DNA of 55,219 nt from a virus (IMGVR_UViG_3300027607_000117:1-55219); one strand, 5' to 3'; shown: positions 44,610 to 54,254, counted from the first letter of the stretch. Translations and numbers: made by a program. The notes: a model not told the origin generated them from the sequence alone.

Positions 44610-47480
44610 TTACGGAATGACGTCTCCGCGCGCCCAGTTAACGTAAGTCGGATTGCCGCGGATCGTGTCCATCAGTTCGATAAAATCCGCCGCGCCGTCG
44701 GGGCCTCTGTCCTGCGGCATGAAAAGCCGCATCTTGAGGCGGTTGATGCCCGTGTTCATGCACTGCGCGAAGGTCATCTGCCCGTTGTTCTGCAGCACGT
44801 AGCTTTGCCACTGCAGGGAGCAGTCGTTCGGGCCCTTGCCGTCGTCGAGGATGTCGTAATAGCCGAATTCCTGCTGCCCGCCCTGCAGGTCCGGCGTGCC
44901 CGTCGCGAAACCCACCTGGTGGGCGTGGTCGTAGATCTCGCGAATACCGTTTTGATCGCCCGCCACGAAATTGGTCCAAAAGCCCAGGTGCAATGAGGTT
45001 GCGTTGCCGACGGTCTCATCCATCAGGCGCTTGGCTTGCGTGTTGAAGTCAGCAAAATCGTAGGTGGGGTCGTTCGTGGGCGCCTGGGTCAGCGAGGACT
45101 CCTGCGCCATGATGATCTTGATATTGGGATGGTCGTTATAGGTGGCGATCAGGTGGTTCAGCATGCGGATGTACTTCGTCATCACCGCCGCGTCGTGCAT
45201 GCGCGTGATGTAGTACTTGCCGCCCGGCGACCCGTTGAAGTTCAAGTCGTAGAAATAAAGCCCGCCGGCCCCGGAACTTCCGCCGTAGGTTACGTGATCC
45301 GAGACGATGTAGCCGGGCGGTCCCGCCGTGTTGGGATTTTCCGCACCCTGCGGCTTGAAGCTGCGCCAGCGGACGTGCAGGCCGATCTTGATATCGTCGC
45401 CGAAATTGGACTTAGCGTCCGCGACCAGATCGGTGATCATCTGATCGTTGAAGACGTTGTCCGCCGTCTCGTAGAGATACCACGTCAGCGGGAAGACGAT
45501 CCCCTTGATGATTGTGGGATCTTTGGCCTGCTCGGCGGCCACGGTGTCGCGGAACTGCTGGTCCAGGGCCGTCGGGGAAAGCCCGTCCACATTGGCGTTC
45601 GCATAGGGCCAAACGCCCTGCATCTGCGCGCGCGTCAGCTTTCCGCTTGAGCCGGGGTCTTCCGACTCCCCGACATTGACGACGGAGCCTTGCTGAATGT
45701 AGGCGCCGCCCGTGCCGCGGTTGTTGCCCTGGTTCCACTCCGCTTTCGGGCCCTGAATGAAGACGTCAGGCGGCGAACCGCTGAAGGGATCCGCGCCGTT
45801 GGTCCCCATCTGCACCGCCCCGGAGTTGTAGAACTTGACGAGGTTGGCGATATCCGAGAGGTCCAGGTAGGCGGCCGTCTTGATCAAAAGCTGGTCCAAC
45901 TCGCCGCGATAGAGCGCCGCCGAGGCGCCGGCCCCCGGTGTCGTCGAGGCGTCGACCGTGGCGCCCGTCATGGTGACGTTGCCACCCGTGCCGCCGTTGG
46001 TCCCGGCATTCCAGACCGAAGCCGCGCCGGTAATGTAGAGCCGGGCCGCCACGCCGAGGAAGGTCGAGCCGTCGGCGCCGGGGCTCACATACCCGGCGTT
46101 GTAGATCTTCTGGCGGTTGGCGGCCTGGGACAGGTCGACGTAAGTCCCGTCCTTGAAGAGCAGGTCCGCGAGCGAGCCGTTCCAAAGCTGGGCCGCGCCC
46201 GGAGTCGCCCCGACGCCCCATTCCGTGATGTTCGAGAAGTCGATGGTGTCGTTGACGTACTGACCCCAGGTCGTCGCATCCAGGACGCCGTTGACGTAGA
46301 CCGCGCGCTTGGTGTCGTCCGTCAGATCGATCGAAATGACGACGTGCTGCCAATCCGTCGTGTTGGTGAAGACCGCGGCCGTCTCGGCGGAAAGGATCGT
46401 GGTCCCGGCCGCATTGCGAGCCTGAATGAGCATCTTGTTGGTCGTCTCGATGCCCATCGAGAAGGTGACGAGATTGTCGGACCGCAGGATGCGCTGCGTC
46501 GAGCCGGTCGCGGAGCGTCGGAACCAGATCGAGGCCGTGAAGGTTTTGGCCGAGGCGCAGCCTGTCAGGTTGCCCCCGCGCAGGGCGTAGTCGTTGGACC
46601 CGTCGAAGGTGGCCGCGCCGACGCCGCTTGAAAGCGAGCCGCCATCGGAGGCGATGTAGTGCGGCGCGTCGGTGAAATCGATCGCGTCGTCGGTGAAGGT
46701 GGTAACGGTAGCGAGGTCTTCGGCGCCGTCGATGTAGAGGTGCCGTCTCGCCGCGCCGCCGGCCATGTCGAAGGACCAGGCCGCCTGGTGCAGCCCGGTG
46801 GCCGTGTTCAGCGCCGAGGACTCGACGTCCAGGATTGTGATCCCGGCCGCGTTCTTGCCGACGATCTGCAGCTTGTCGTTGGCGTTGATCTTGATCTGGA
46901 AGCGGTTGTTCGCGGTATCGACGATGGAATGCGCGACGCCCGCTTCGGCGTGCTTGAACCAGACCGACCCGGTGACGAGCTTTCCGTCGCTGCCGAAATT
47001 CCAGTCTGCGGCCTTGTCGAGGAAATCGTTGACGCCGTCGAAGGTGACGAGGTTCAGCGCGTAGGGGTCCGGCGGAGTGACGCCGGGGTCGCCGGTATCC
47101 GGCGGATCGGACGGCGGGGGGTTCCCGGTCGCGTTCTCGAGCAGCCCGAGGCGGCGGTCCAGATCCGTAATCAGCGTGAGGTTTTCGCTGACGCCTAGGA
47201 CCGAAGCGAACTCCGTCAGGAGCAGCTCGCGGATCTCCTCCTTCGAGTCCGTGTCGCTTTGATCCTCCGAGGCCAGTGTGATGCTGATCTTTGCCTTGCC
47301 CAGCCGGTCGCCGGATGGGGTTTCGCCATCCTCCAGTTCGCTATCGTCGGGCACGGGCAGGTCGGTGTTCTCGTCCCAGTCTGGCGTATTGAACCCCAGT
47401 CCTTTGCAGATGAGGTGCCCGTGGCGGTCCAGGCCGAGGTCCTGCCCGTGGATCTCCTTGAGGATCTGACGTTTCGGCAT
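44610..47480 (-). CDS. Large virion appendage: tandem LamG/ConA-like domains plus clan-A-like glycoside hydrolase domain
   Basis: Two FDG.ND.....T.S.WF...W.H repeats; C-terminal W...E......D, YNDHP.......E TIM-barrel pattern. Confidence 0.7.
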   Translation of the reverse strand: MPKRQILKEIHGQDLGLDRHGHLICKGLGFNTPDWDENTDLPVPDDSELEDGETPSGDRLGKAKISITLASEDQSDTDSKEEIRELLLTEFASVLGVSENLTLITDLDRRLGLLENATGNPPPSDPPDTGDPGVTPPDPYALNLVTFDGVNDFLDKAADWNFGSDGKLVTGSVWFKHAEAGVAHSIVDTANNRFQIKINANDKLQIVGKNAAGITILDVESSALNTATGLHQAAWSFDMAGGAARRHLYIDGAEDLATVTTFTDDAIDFTDAPHYIASDGGSLSSGVGAATFDGSNDYALRGGNLTGCASAKTFTASIWFRRSATGSTQRILRSDNLVTFSMGIETTNKMLIQARNAAGTTILSAETAAVFTNTTDWQHVVISIDLTDDTKRAVYVNGVLDATTWGQYVNDTIDFSNITEWGVGATPGAAQLWNGSLADLLFKDGTYVDLSQAANRQKIYNAGYVSPGADGSTFLGVAARLYITGAASVWNAGTNGGTGGNVTMTGATVDASTTPGAGASAALYRGELDQLLIKTAAYLDLSDIANLVKFYNSGAVQMGTNGADPFSGSPPDVFIQGPKAEWNQGNNRGTGGAYIQQGSVVNVGESEDPGSSGKLTRAQMQGVWPYANANVDGLSPTALDQQFRDTVAAEQAKDPTIIKGIVFPLTWYLYETADNVFNDQMITDLVADAKSNFGDDIKIGLHVRWRSFKPQGAENPNTAGPPGYIVSDHVTYGGSSGAGGLYFYDLNFNGSPGGKYYITRMHDAAVMTKYIRMLNHLIATYNDHPNIKIIMAQESSLTQAPTNDPTYDFADFNTQAKRLMDETVGNATSLHLGFWTNFVAGDQNGIREIYDHAHQVGFATGTPDLQGGQQEFGYYDILDDGKGPNDCSLQWQSYVLQNNGQMTFAQCMNTGINRLKMRLFMPQDRGPDGAADFIELMDTIRGNPTYVNWARGDVIP

Positions 47481-47552
47481 GGTCGACCCTCCCGCGTGAG
47501 GCAGAGCAAGGGACCGCTGGGTGCGGCAATCGGTAACTGAGGCTTGTGCCCG

Positions 47553-48131
47553 CTAGGAGGATTGCGGGGGCGTGGCGTTTTGGACGGCGGCTTGGAGCAG
47601 AAAGGCGATGCGCCGAGCGACTTCCTTGTCGCCGATATTGACGACATTGAAGGTGTTGTTCTGGGGGCGCTCTTCGAAGAGTTTGAAGTGCTTGGCCAGC
47701 CGGTCGAGCGAGGGATTCTTGTCCAGGAGCTTGATCTTGTGGGTCTGTACGCCGTCCTTGCCTTCAACGACCTCGATCGAAGCGACCGCCGCGGCGATCT
47801 CGTCAGGCAGATCGTGAACCGGCAGCAGGTTGCCCTGCTCGTCGAAAAGCCTGCGGATGTCGGAGAAGGCGAGGAGCGCCGAGTGCTCCAGAACGTCGTC
47901 GGCCGTCGTGCGTCTTTCCGCCAACGCTCGGGCGTTTTCTTCCGCAACGGCCTTTTGAACGTCCTCGCGTTGCAGCATCCAAAAGGCGGTGTGTTTCGCG
48001 CTCTTCTTTGCCGCGCCGATGTCGGCGGCTGCCTTGGCGCCATTGAAGCCGTTGGCGATGTACTCGGCGGCGAACTGCCTGATCTTATCCGGTTTGAGGA
48101 GGCGTGCCGGCGGCGCCTTGCTGGCTGGCAT
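47553..48131 (-). CDS. terS: Terminase small subunit
   Basis: QFAAEYI...N.AKAA..IG, AFSDIR.LFD..GNL.P..DLPD, KIKL.DK...L..L.KH..LF. Confidence 0.9.
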   Translation of the reverse strand: MPASKAPPARLLKPDKIRQFAAEYIANGFNGAKAAADIGAAKKSAKHTAFWMLQREDVQKAVAEENARALAERRTTADDVLEHSALLAFSDIRRLFDEQGNLLPVHDLPDEIAAAVASIEVVEGKDGVQTHKIKLLDKNPSLDRLAKHFKLFEERPQNNTFNVVNIGDKEVARRIAFLLQAAVQNATPPQSS

Positions 48132-48136
48132 AGTGG

Positions 48137-49387
48137 TTATGCGGCGGCTCTCAGACCCAGGGAGGCGCGTTCGTATCCCTCCATGGACAGCACGTCGCAG
48201 AGACCTTGTCGCTGACGGGACTTGAGGGAGGCCAGCAGCGAGGTGAATTCGGCTTCGGCCATGAAGTCGGACCCGCCGCCCGCAGAAGTCCCGAAGCCCC
48301 AGAGGACACGGCAGAACCCCTGCTCTATGCCGGCGTCGATATCGCCCAGCAACCCGGCCGCCGTTTCGTCCATGTCGTCCGCCGGCAGGAAGGGAAGGTT
48401 CAGATTGGTAATTGGATCCCAGGCCCCGGCATTCACTTCCTTTAACCGCGCCGTCTTCAAGGAGTCGTCGTTCAACACCAAATCTACGGCGGCCGCCCGG
48501 TACGGATTGCCATGCCAGCTTATGTGTTTCCGGTTCCAACCCTGACCTGTCGCGTAACTGCGAATGCGAGCAACTTCCGTTGCCAACTCGGAATCGCTGT
48601 AATTGCTTTGCTCCAACGCCAGGGACATGCCGATGCTCCAGCCCGCCGCGCTCAATTCTTCGATTTGCGGCAGGGTCATCTTGCCGGCGCCGCCGATTTC
48701 GCTATCGATCACATAAACCGTGCCGACGAAGCCCTGCGCCTCCATCTTCGGGAAGGCGTCGAGGTAAATGCTGTCGTCGCAGCCTTCGAAGGTGATCATC
48801 ACCTTGCAGCGCTGCCGCACGTTCGCGAAAATCGGGCCGATATCGAGCCTGGTGTTCGGGATGTTGCTCCCAACGCTGTTGAGTCCGGTATAGAACGCCC
48901 CCAAGGGGGCGTCAGGCGGATAGTTTGGGGCACCGCTCTCTGCCGCCGCAGCGATCGAGAAGGTGTAGGGGATCCAACGGCTGCCAAAAGCGCCGAACCA
49001 ATTGGCGTCAGTCGGGATGCTAAAGCTGTAGTTGCCGCTGCCGAACTCCGGGTCCTGCCAGGCAAAGATTTGATTGCGGTCGACCTCGCTATAGTCTTGA
49101 CCGGGCGGTATCCGCAGCCAGTGCGTCAGGCAACCGTGCCAGGGCGTTATCGCGGTCGTGAGGATGTTGCGTTTACGAAAAAGCGCGCCGTCTGTCGTCG
49201 TGAAGCGGATGGCGTTAGGATAGCCTGCCATTTCCAAGGGGTAGTCCGTAGCGGGGCCGTCCATGATCTGCTCGATGGTGCCGGTGCCCGAAACATTGTC
49301 CAGTTCAGAGACTTGCTGCATCCCCACGGCGATCTTGGGAGATCCTGGGGAATAAGGCGCGGCGTCTGAAACCAGCCTGCGCATCAT
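48137..49387 (-). CDS. Polysaccharide deacetylase (NodB)-like protein, probably inactive
   Basis: VMITFEG.DDS....AFP.M...GF.GT.YVI...MT..QI.EL..AGW.IG; the TFDDG and His motifs are altered. Confidence 0.7.
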   Translation of the reverse strand: MMRRLVSDAAPYSPGSPKIAVGMQQVSELDNVSGTGTIEQIMDGPATDYPLEMAGYPNAIRFTTTDGALFRKRNILTTAITPWHGCLTHWLRIPPGQDYSEVDRNQIFAWQDPEFGSGNYSFSIPTDANWFGAFGSRWIPYTFSIAAAAESGAPNYPPDAPLGAFYTGLNSVGSNIPNTRLDIGPIFANVRQRCKVMITFEGCDDSIYLDAFPKMEAQGFVGTVYVIDSEIGGAGKMTLPQIEELSAAGWSIGMSLALEQSNYSDSELATEVARIRSYATGQGWNRKHISWHGNPYRAAAVDLVLNDDSLKTARLKEVNAGAWDPITNLNLPFLPADDMDETAAGLLGDIDAGIEQGFCRVLWGFGTSAGGGSDFMAEAEFTSLLASLKSRQRQGLCDVLSMEGYERASLGLRAAA

Positions 49388-50451
49388 GCCGCGATCCTCC
49401 AGTCAGGGGTCGTCCAGATGGCATTCGGCCCGGCGCCCAAGGCTGCTGCCGCCTCGTCGCTCAGCTTGTTCAGGTGATAGATGCTCGAATGGCCGTCCAG
49501 GTTGGCGATCTTCGCACGGTCCCATCGTCTGACAACTTGCCCGGGCTCAAGGGCCGTGACGCTGCCGTCGTCGGTGTAGGTATTGGCGTGGACGACAAAT
49601 CGTTTCCAGAGGTCGGGACGGTCGCGCAATTCGCGCTGCACCGTCGCGACGTAGTGCGCGATTCTTGCATTCCAGCCGTAGAGCATCATCCAGCAATAGT
49701 CGATCAGACCCTGCTCGACCCAAAACACCGCATCGCGCCCGCCGCGATAGTTGAAATTGAAAAAATCCGTATCGAGCCCCGGATGCGTAAACGCCGAGAA
49801 GCGGAACTCGGGGTTCTGCGCCCGCGCGTAGCTATGGACGCGCGCGATGATGCTGGTCAGCGCGGAGCGGCTGAATTTTCTCATCCACTGCCCGGCAGGG
49901 GTAACGTAGGGCGTGGCGCGATCCGCCGTCAGGTCGCGGCCTCCGCTAAATTCGGAATAGGCGGCGATGTTGGCCGCCGAGTTGTTCGGCACGTTGCCGG
50001 CCCGGATAAAGTCCCAAGCCAGGCCCTTCATCTTCGGATACTTGTCGATCAGGTCGATGGCGAGTTCGACGATGGAGTCCTGAAAGGCCGGCAGGCTGAC
50101 GTCGAAGAATCCCGCTGGCGTAGCCGGTCCCGGCGCGAACTCAGGCAGAATATCGTTGGCCCGCGAAGACACCCGCAGCCAGCCGTGGACCTCGATGCCC
50201 TGAGCCTCGCACTCGTCGAGCAGGTTTTGGAACTGCGTATTGCCGGACCAGGGCCAGCCTGCGTCGTTATCCCAGTGGGTTTGCGAGCCTGTGCGCATCT
50301 GCGGGACGACGATGTTGAGCCCTGCTGTCTTCATGCGCGCCACCCAATCGATGAGGGTCTGCCCGCCCGCGAGCCAGCCGTTCGGGTCGTCCGACCCCAT
50401 GCGGATCTGGCCGGCCCTATGGTCGAGGAAACCGACCTGCGCGCGTGGCAT
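49384..50451 (-). CDS. Glycoside hydrolase (GHL10/DUF187-like)
   Basis: AGLN.V.PQ.R, GIEVHGW, FD...P..QD.I......I.KY...GL.WDFIR, W..QGLIDY...M.Y. Confidence 0.78.
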   Translation of the reverse strand: MPRAQVGFLDHRAGQIRMGSDDPNGWLAGGQTLIDWVARMKTAGLNIVVPQMRTGSQTHWDNDAGWPWSGNTQFQNLLDECEAQGIEVHGWLRVSSRANDILPEFAPGPATPAGFFDVSLPAFQDSIVELAIDLIDKYPKMKGLAWDFIRAGNVPNNSAANIAAYSEFSGGRDLTADRATPYVTPAGQWMRKFSRSALTSIIARVHSYARAQNPEFRFSAFTHPGLDTDFFNFNYRGGRDAVFWVEQGLIDYCWMMLYGWNARIAHYVATVQRELRDRPDLWKRFVVHANTYTDDGSVTALEPGQVVRRWDRAKIANLDGHSSIYHLNKLSDEAAAALGAGPNAIWTTPDWRIAA

Positions 50452-50873
50452 CAGATCGGGCGCCAGAGCACCAGGATGTCGTCGGCAGCGTTCGCTAGCG
50501 TGACGATCAGATTGGTTTCGAAACGCATTGCCTTGAAATCGATGAAGCCTGCCGGGGTTGCAGCGGGAAGGACCAGCTTGTTCGTTGCGCTATCGGTCAG
50601 CGTGAGAGTGCCGGCCAGCGCCTGCTGAATGATGATGCCCATGAGGTGTGCCGGGGCCGATGACACGGTTTGGGCCGTGATCGTGCCATCTGCCAGATAG
50701 GTCCCGTTGCACTCCTCCCGTGTGGCGAGCCAGCCGTTCTCGGCGCTCTCTTGATTGTGTTCGCCCGCAATCAGGCCTTGTTCGCTCGTATGGAGCGCCT
50801 GGCCGGTTTCCTTGATGCCACGAACGGTCGAAGAGTCGTCCGACTTCTGTCCGAGAATTAGCGACATGGGCAT
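50451..50873 (-). CDS. Hypothetical beta-rich structural protein
   Basis: Coupled to the hydrolase gene; SD GGAG. Confidence 0.6.
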   Translation of the reverse strand: MPMSLILGQKSDDSSTVRGIKETGQALHTSEQGLIAGEHNQESAENGWLATREECNGTYLADGTITAQTVSSAPAHLMGIIIQQALAGTLTLTDSATNKLVLPAATPAGFIDFKAMRFETNLIVTLANAADDILVLWRPI

Positions 50874-50997
50874 TCTCCGATCAGGCTAGGAGGGAAGGGC
50901 GGGCACGCGCATCGGCGGCGACGACGGCGGCCCGCCCCATCGCGCGCAGCTATGCGGGACAAGGACCGCTCAGGCGCGCGGTTCGGACGTCAGAGGG

Positions 50998-51216
50998 TTA
51001 GACTTGCTGGACGCCGACCAAGACTTCGGTGTTGCCTTCAATGCGCCAAGTCGCCATCAGGGTGTGATCGGCGGCAAATTCTGGCGGGTCGAAGGTTATC
51101 TTGTACTCCCCGACGCCCGTTCGCTCGATTGTGGTCCCGGCTTCCTTCACGCACCCCGGCACAGCCGCCAGCACGGCAAGCGAGGCAGCGGAGCGGAGGA
51201 ATTGGCGACGGTTCAT
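50998..51216 (-). CDS. Small Tat-signal lipoprotein
   Basis: MNRRQFL twin-arginine motif, hydrophobic stretch, VPGC. Confidence 0.6.
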   Translation of the reverse strand: MNRRQFLRSAASLAVLAAVPGCVKEAGTTIERTGVGEYKITFDPPEFAADHTLMATWRIEGNTEVLVGVQQV

Positions 51217-51225
51217 GGCTGTCTC

Positions 51226-51396
51226 TCAATCCTTCGGCGCGAAACTCAGCGAAACGCGCTCGATATGCCGAATCCAGCCGTCCCCGTCTTGCTCCCACCA
51301 GCTATGCTCGGCATAGATGGCATTCGTCAAATCGGGCTCGCGACTGAAGGATTTCTCGGATCCATCGGCGTAGATCACGTCAACGATGCCCTTCAT
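51226..51396 (-). CDS. Small hypothetical protein (56 aa, MKGIVDVIYADG...)
   Basis: Read by hand; below the ORF-track cut-off. Confidence 0.45.
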   Translation of the reverse strand: MKGIVDVIYADGSEKSFSREPDLTNAIYAEHSWWEQDGDGWIRHIERVSLSFAPKD

Positions 51397-51534
51397 CTGC
51401 CTGCTCTTGAAGTTTCGGCGCGGGCCGGGCGCTACTCCCGGCAGCGAATCCTCTCATCGCCTAGCTGGTCATCCGCGCAGGCTCCTAAGCGCCCTGGTGA
51501 GCATTCTACCGCCGCGCCGTCCCTTTCGGGAACG

Positions 51535-51566
51535 AAAAAACCCGCGCCGACAGGGGGCCGGGCGGG
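51535..51566 (-). terminator. tR'-like terminator just after the late promoter
   Basis: CCCGC-CCG...CGG-CGCGGG followed by TTTTTT. Confidence 0.75.
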
Positions 51567-51583
51567 CGAATTCCAATTGAAGC

Positions 51584-51614
51584 GATGTAGCACGAGATCG
51601 CGGCAGTTTGTCAA
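51584..51614 (-). promoter_or_regulatory. Putative late promoter (pR'-like)
   Basis: TTGACA-N17-GCTACATC, close to the Caulobacter housekeeping consensus, followed by a terminator. Confidence 0.65.
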
Positions 51615-51623
51615 GGGGGGTCG

Positions 51624-51878
51624 TTATTGGGACGGTTGGTGTTGAGATTCCAGCGTTGCCCTAATCGAATGAGCGATAGCCATCATAATTCTAAGCCTCT
51701 CTAAGGTGTCGGGGCAGTTCCGCTCGTTTTCCATTAGCCTAGCCGCCAGAGCAGACTCCAAAGACCGATCGACGATTTCACTATTGACGCCGAGAATCTC
51801 CATCTCTCGCGCCAAGTCGCTAAACTTGTGAACACAGAGCGCCATGTCCCCTTTTACGCTTCGTTTCTTATGAGTCAT
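51624..51878 (-). CDS. Hypothetical protein
   Basis: SD GGAGAGG. Confidence 0.55.
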   Translation of the reverse strand: MTHKKRSVKGDMALCVHKFSDLAREMEILGVNSEIVDRSLESALAARLMENERNCPDTLERLRIMMAIAHSIRATLESQHQPSQ

Positions 51879-51909
51879 TCAGCCTCTCCGGCGTCTTTTC
51901 CATGCTATT

Positions 51910-52371
51910 CTAGCCCACCTCCACCGTGATCATGCGCGTGTTCCGGGCGATCTCCGGGTGCGTGAAGTAACCCTTGCGCTTGTTGAGCTTCTGGCGCGCC
52001 TGCAGTTCGACGGCCGCTCTGTCGCGCTCTAGGGATGCCTCACCCGTCAAGACCCAAACGACCTCAGTGTGCGTGTCGCGACGCACAAAGGCCTCCAGAA
52101 CCATCGTGCGCTCGCCCGGAAAGTAGGACACGCCATCGGCGGGATAGGGCGCCTTGGGGAATGTGATTTCGACCTTCGGCTCTGTGACCCCGCGATCCTT
52201 CACGCGAGTCTCTTGCGCGCTTGGGGCTTTGGCGAAGCTTCTGGCGAGCCTCTGGGCGGTCTCGGGATCGTCGGTATAGGCCATGTCGTTCCAGCCGTCT
52301 TCAGGATAGCCCAAGCACTGAACCAGGAAGCGCTGCCCCTTGTCGCCGGTTTTGATGTCGCTGCAGGCCAT
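51910..52371 (-). CDS. Hypothetical protein
   Basis: Directly follows the Q-like gene. Confidence 0.6.
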   Translation of the reverse strand: MACSDIKTGDKGQRFLVQCLGYPEDGWNDMAYTDDPETAQRLARSFAKAPSAQETRVKDRGVTEPKVEITFPKAPYPADGVSYFPGERTMVLEAFVRRDTHTEVVWVLTGEASLERDRAAVELQARQKLNKRKGYFTHPEIARNTRMITVEVG

Positions 52372-52998
52372 CTATTGCTCCGGCGCCCACGCGCTCAGCG
52401 CGGCGACTAGCATCTGCTTGGCCGTCCGTTCCGACATGCCGGGCGACTTCTCGCAGAGTTCGGTCAGCGTCAACCCCAGCCCCAGGATTTGCCACGCCAC
52501 ACCCCCGCAGGGTGAGAAATAGCCGCCCACCAGGTCCAGCATCGCGCCCAGCTTTTGCCGTGCAGCATAGGTCCGCTCCGGCACTTCCGCGCTGGTGGAC
52601 GGCGGCAGCTTGACGAATTTCTGGCCCTTCATGGGATCAAGCGCCGCTTGCCTGAAGAGCTTTTCGAAGTTCTCACCCGCCGTGTGCTGCGCCTTGGTGA
52701 TCTTGCCCGCCTTCAGCAAGGCATCCAGTACGCTCTGCACGCGATACGCACTCGAAATCTTGCCCTGGTCGTCGGGAATCGAGGAGGGGGCCAGGTCGAC
52801 CGCGGGGCCTTTGGCATCGCTCATGGGAAGATGCTTCCTTCGCCAGTCTATGGGCTCGCTGTTGGTCGCCTCCCTCAAGGCAGTGCGCTTCTCCCGCTTC
52901 AGCCGGCGGTTGGTTTGCTGGCGCCGCGCCATGCGCTCCAGGTCCTCTTCGCTCAGACCTGCGTTGTGCGTGCCGGCGGGTTTCATGGCGGCGAGCAT
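52372..52998 (-). CDS. Putative late-gene antiterminator (Q-like)
   Basis: LD.L...GKIT..Q..AG..F...F and C-terminal G.G.TL.E HTH; upstream of the promoter/terminator pair. Confidence 0.6.
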   Translation of the reverse strand: MLAAMKPAGTHNAGLSEEDLERMARRQQTNRRLKREKRTALREATNSEPIDWRRKHLPMSDAKGPAVDLAPSSIPDDQGKISSAYRVQSVLDALLKAGKITKAQHTAGENFEKLFRQAALDPMKGQKFVKLPPSTSAEVPERTYAARQKLGAMLDLVGGYFSPCGGVAWQILGLGLTLTELCEKSPGMSERTAKQMLVAALSAWAPEQ

Positions 52999-53000
52999 GG

Positions 53001-53192
53001 CTATTCGCCTTTCAGGTATTGTTCAGCGGACCAATCGTGACGGGATTCCTTGGCGTTGTGTGGTTCGCCATCCAGCTTGTCAGCCTTTCGCCAAGCAGAG
53101 GCCATGGTGTCGTGCGTGGAGAGTATTTCGCCGCCGTCGTCGCGCACTTCCCATCGCCCGTGGATATCAGGCCCTGTCACGGAATGACCCAT
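53001..53192 (-). CDS. Hypothetical protein
   Basis: Coupled small ORF. Confidence 0.6.
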   Translation of the reverse strand: MGHSVTGPDIHGRWEVRDDGGEILSTHDTMASAWRKADKLDGEPHNAKESRHDWSAEQYLKGE

Positions 53193-53494
53193 CACAACCC
53201 CCATTTCCCCAGCAGATCCCGCCCGAACTCGCCGCCGCGGACGTGCAGCTCGCCTTCGGGCACCGCCGGATCCTCGATGATCTTGAAGCCGAGGAACTCG
53301 CCGACGTACCTGCGCCCGGCCGGCGGTTCGAAGTGCGCGAGAACCTTGCCGTCGCAGACCAGATCGACGGGCTTGCCTTGCCAGAGCGCGGTCAGCACCT
53401 TTTTCCGAATGCATTTATGCATTTCGGCAAGCGACGAAATCGGTACGTCGCTCGCGTCGAAGGTCACCAGGGAATGCATGTCATCCCGCGTCAT
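53192..53494 (-). CDS. Hypothetical protein
   Basis: Coupled ORF; SD GGAGG. Confidence 0.6.
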   Translation of the reverse strand: MTRDDMHSLVTFDASDVPISSLAEMHKCIRKKVLTALWQGKPVDLVCDGKVLAHFEPPAGRRYVGEFLGFKIIEDPAVPEGELHVRGGEFGRDLLGKWGL

Positions 53495-53663
53495 CGCTTG
53501 CCCTCCGGTTCCAGGCATTGCGCGCCTTTGTCTTGTTCGAAGCCAACGGACCGTCTGCGTAACATCCCATGCACTTCACCCCAACTTGTTGGCTGTCGAT
53601 GTCTTGCGCGATCTGCCAGTTACCATGCTGGCCACAGAACGGGCAGGGCTTAAGCTCCATCAC
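53481..53663 (-). CDS. Lar-family restriction alleviation protein
   Basis: ELKPCPFCG...V.C..C.A.GP.......A..AWN.R. Confidence 0.85.
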   Translation of the reverse strand: MMELKPCPFCGQHGNWQIAQDIDSQQVGVKCMGCYADGPLASNKTKARNAWNRRASDDAG

Positions 53664-53938
53664 TCACTCTCCTGTGGTGGGGCGGGGAGTGGTAAAGCCT
53701 GGCAGATTTCAACAATCCTTGGGGTGTAGGGATTGGGGGCTGGTATTTCGAAGGCTATTCTTTCAATCGCTTCCACACCTTCCCGCTGCCATTCCTCGTA
53801 AGCGGCGACGGCGGCTTGGGCTTGTTCGCGGAATGCTTTTTGCCACCAATCAGTCAATTGGCTAACGGTTACTTCCGGCCCAAACCTCTGCTTAACTAAA
53901 GCATCGGCCACGCGCTCTATGAGGTCGGGGTTAGTCAT
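53660..53938 (-). CDS. Hypothetical protein
   Basis: Coupled ORF. Confidence 0.6.
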   Translation of the reverse strand: MTNPDLIERVADALVKQRFGPEVTVSQLTDWWQKAFREQAQAAVAAYEEWQREGVEAIERIAFEIPAPNPYTPRIVEICQALPLPAPPQESE

Positions 53939-54023
53939 GGAAGCAATCCAAAAGACAGGCGAGCGCAATGACGCCAACGAATGCCGCCGAGAGAAAAATC
54001 AAAATGTATACTGCTTCACCCAT
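53931..54023 (-). CDS. Small membrane peptide (30 aa)
   Basis: Read by hand: MGEAVYILIFLSAAFVGVIALACLLDCFHD. Confidence 0.4.
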   Translation of the reverse strand: MGEAVYILIFLSAAFVGVIALACLLDCFHD

Positions 54024-54059
54024 CTTCCTTCTCCTTCATCGCTGCGGCGCGGCGGGCCA

Positions 54060-54254
54060 TCAAAACTCTCCAGTTCCGTCGCATGTCGGGCAATCGGTCG
54101 TGCTGACACAAAAGAAGTCATCGGGAAGATTGGGCGTTAACGGATTAACAAGCCCGCTGCCGCCGCAAGTTGGGCACTTGAAATCCTCGTCACTCGGCTC
54201 TTCTTCCTGGAGGCGGTGGGAGAGGGGTCCAATATCTGGGCTAATCAAACTCAT
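54060..54254 (-). CDS. DnaJ-type CxxCxGxG zinc-finger protein
   Basis: CPTCGGSG and CPTCDGTG. Confidence 0.65.
   Translation of the reverse strand: MSLISPDIGPLSHRLQEEEPSDEDFKCPTCGGSGLVNPLTPNLPDDFFCVSTTDCPTCDGTGEF

Noticed and set aside
27392-50628. Long plus-strand ORFs such as 27392-28921, 34482-36077, 40998-42557 and 49474-50628
   Set aside because: Antisense shadows of high-GC structural genes with no recognisable motifs.
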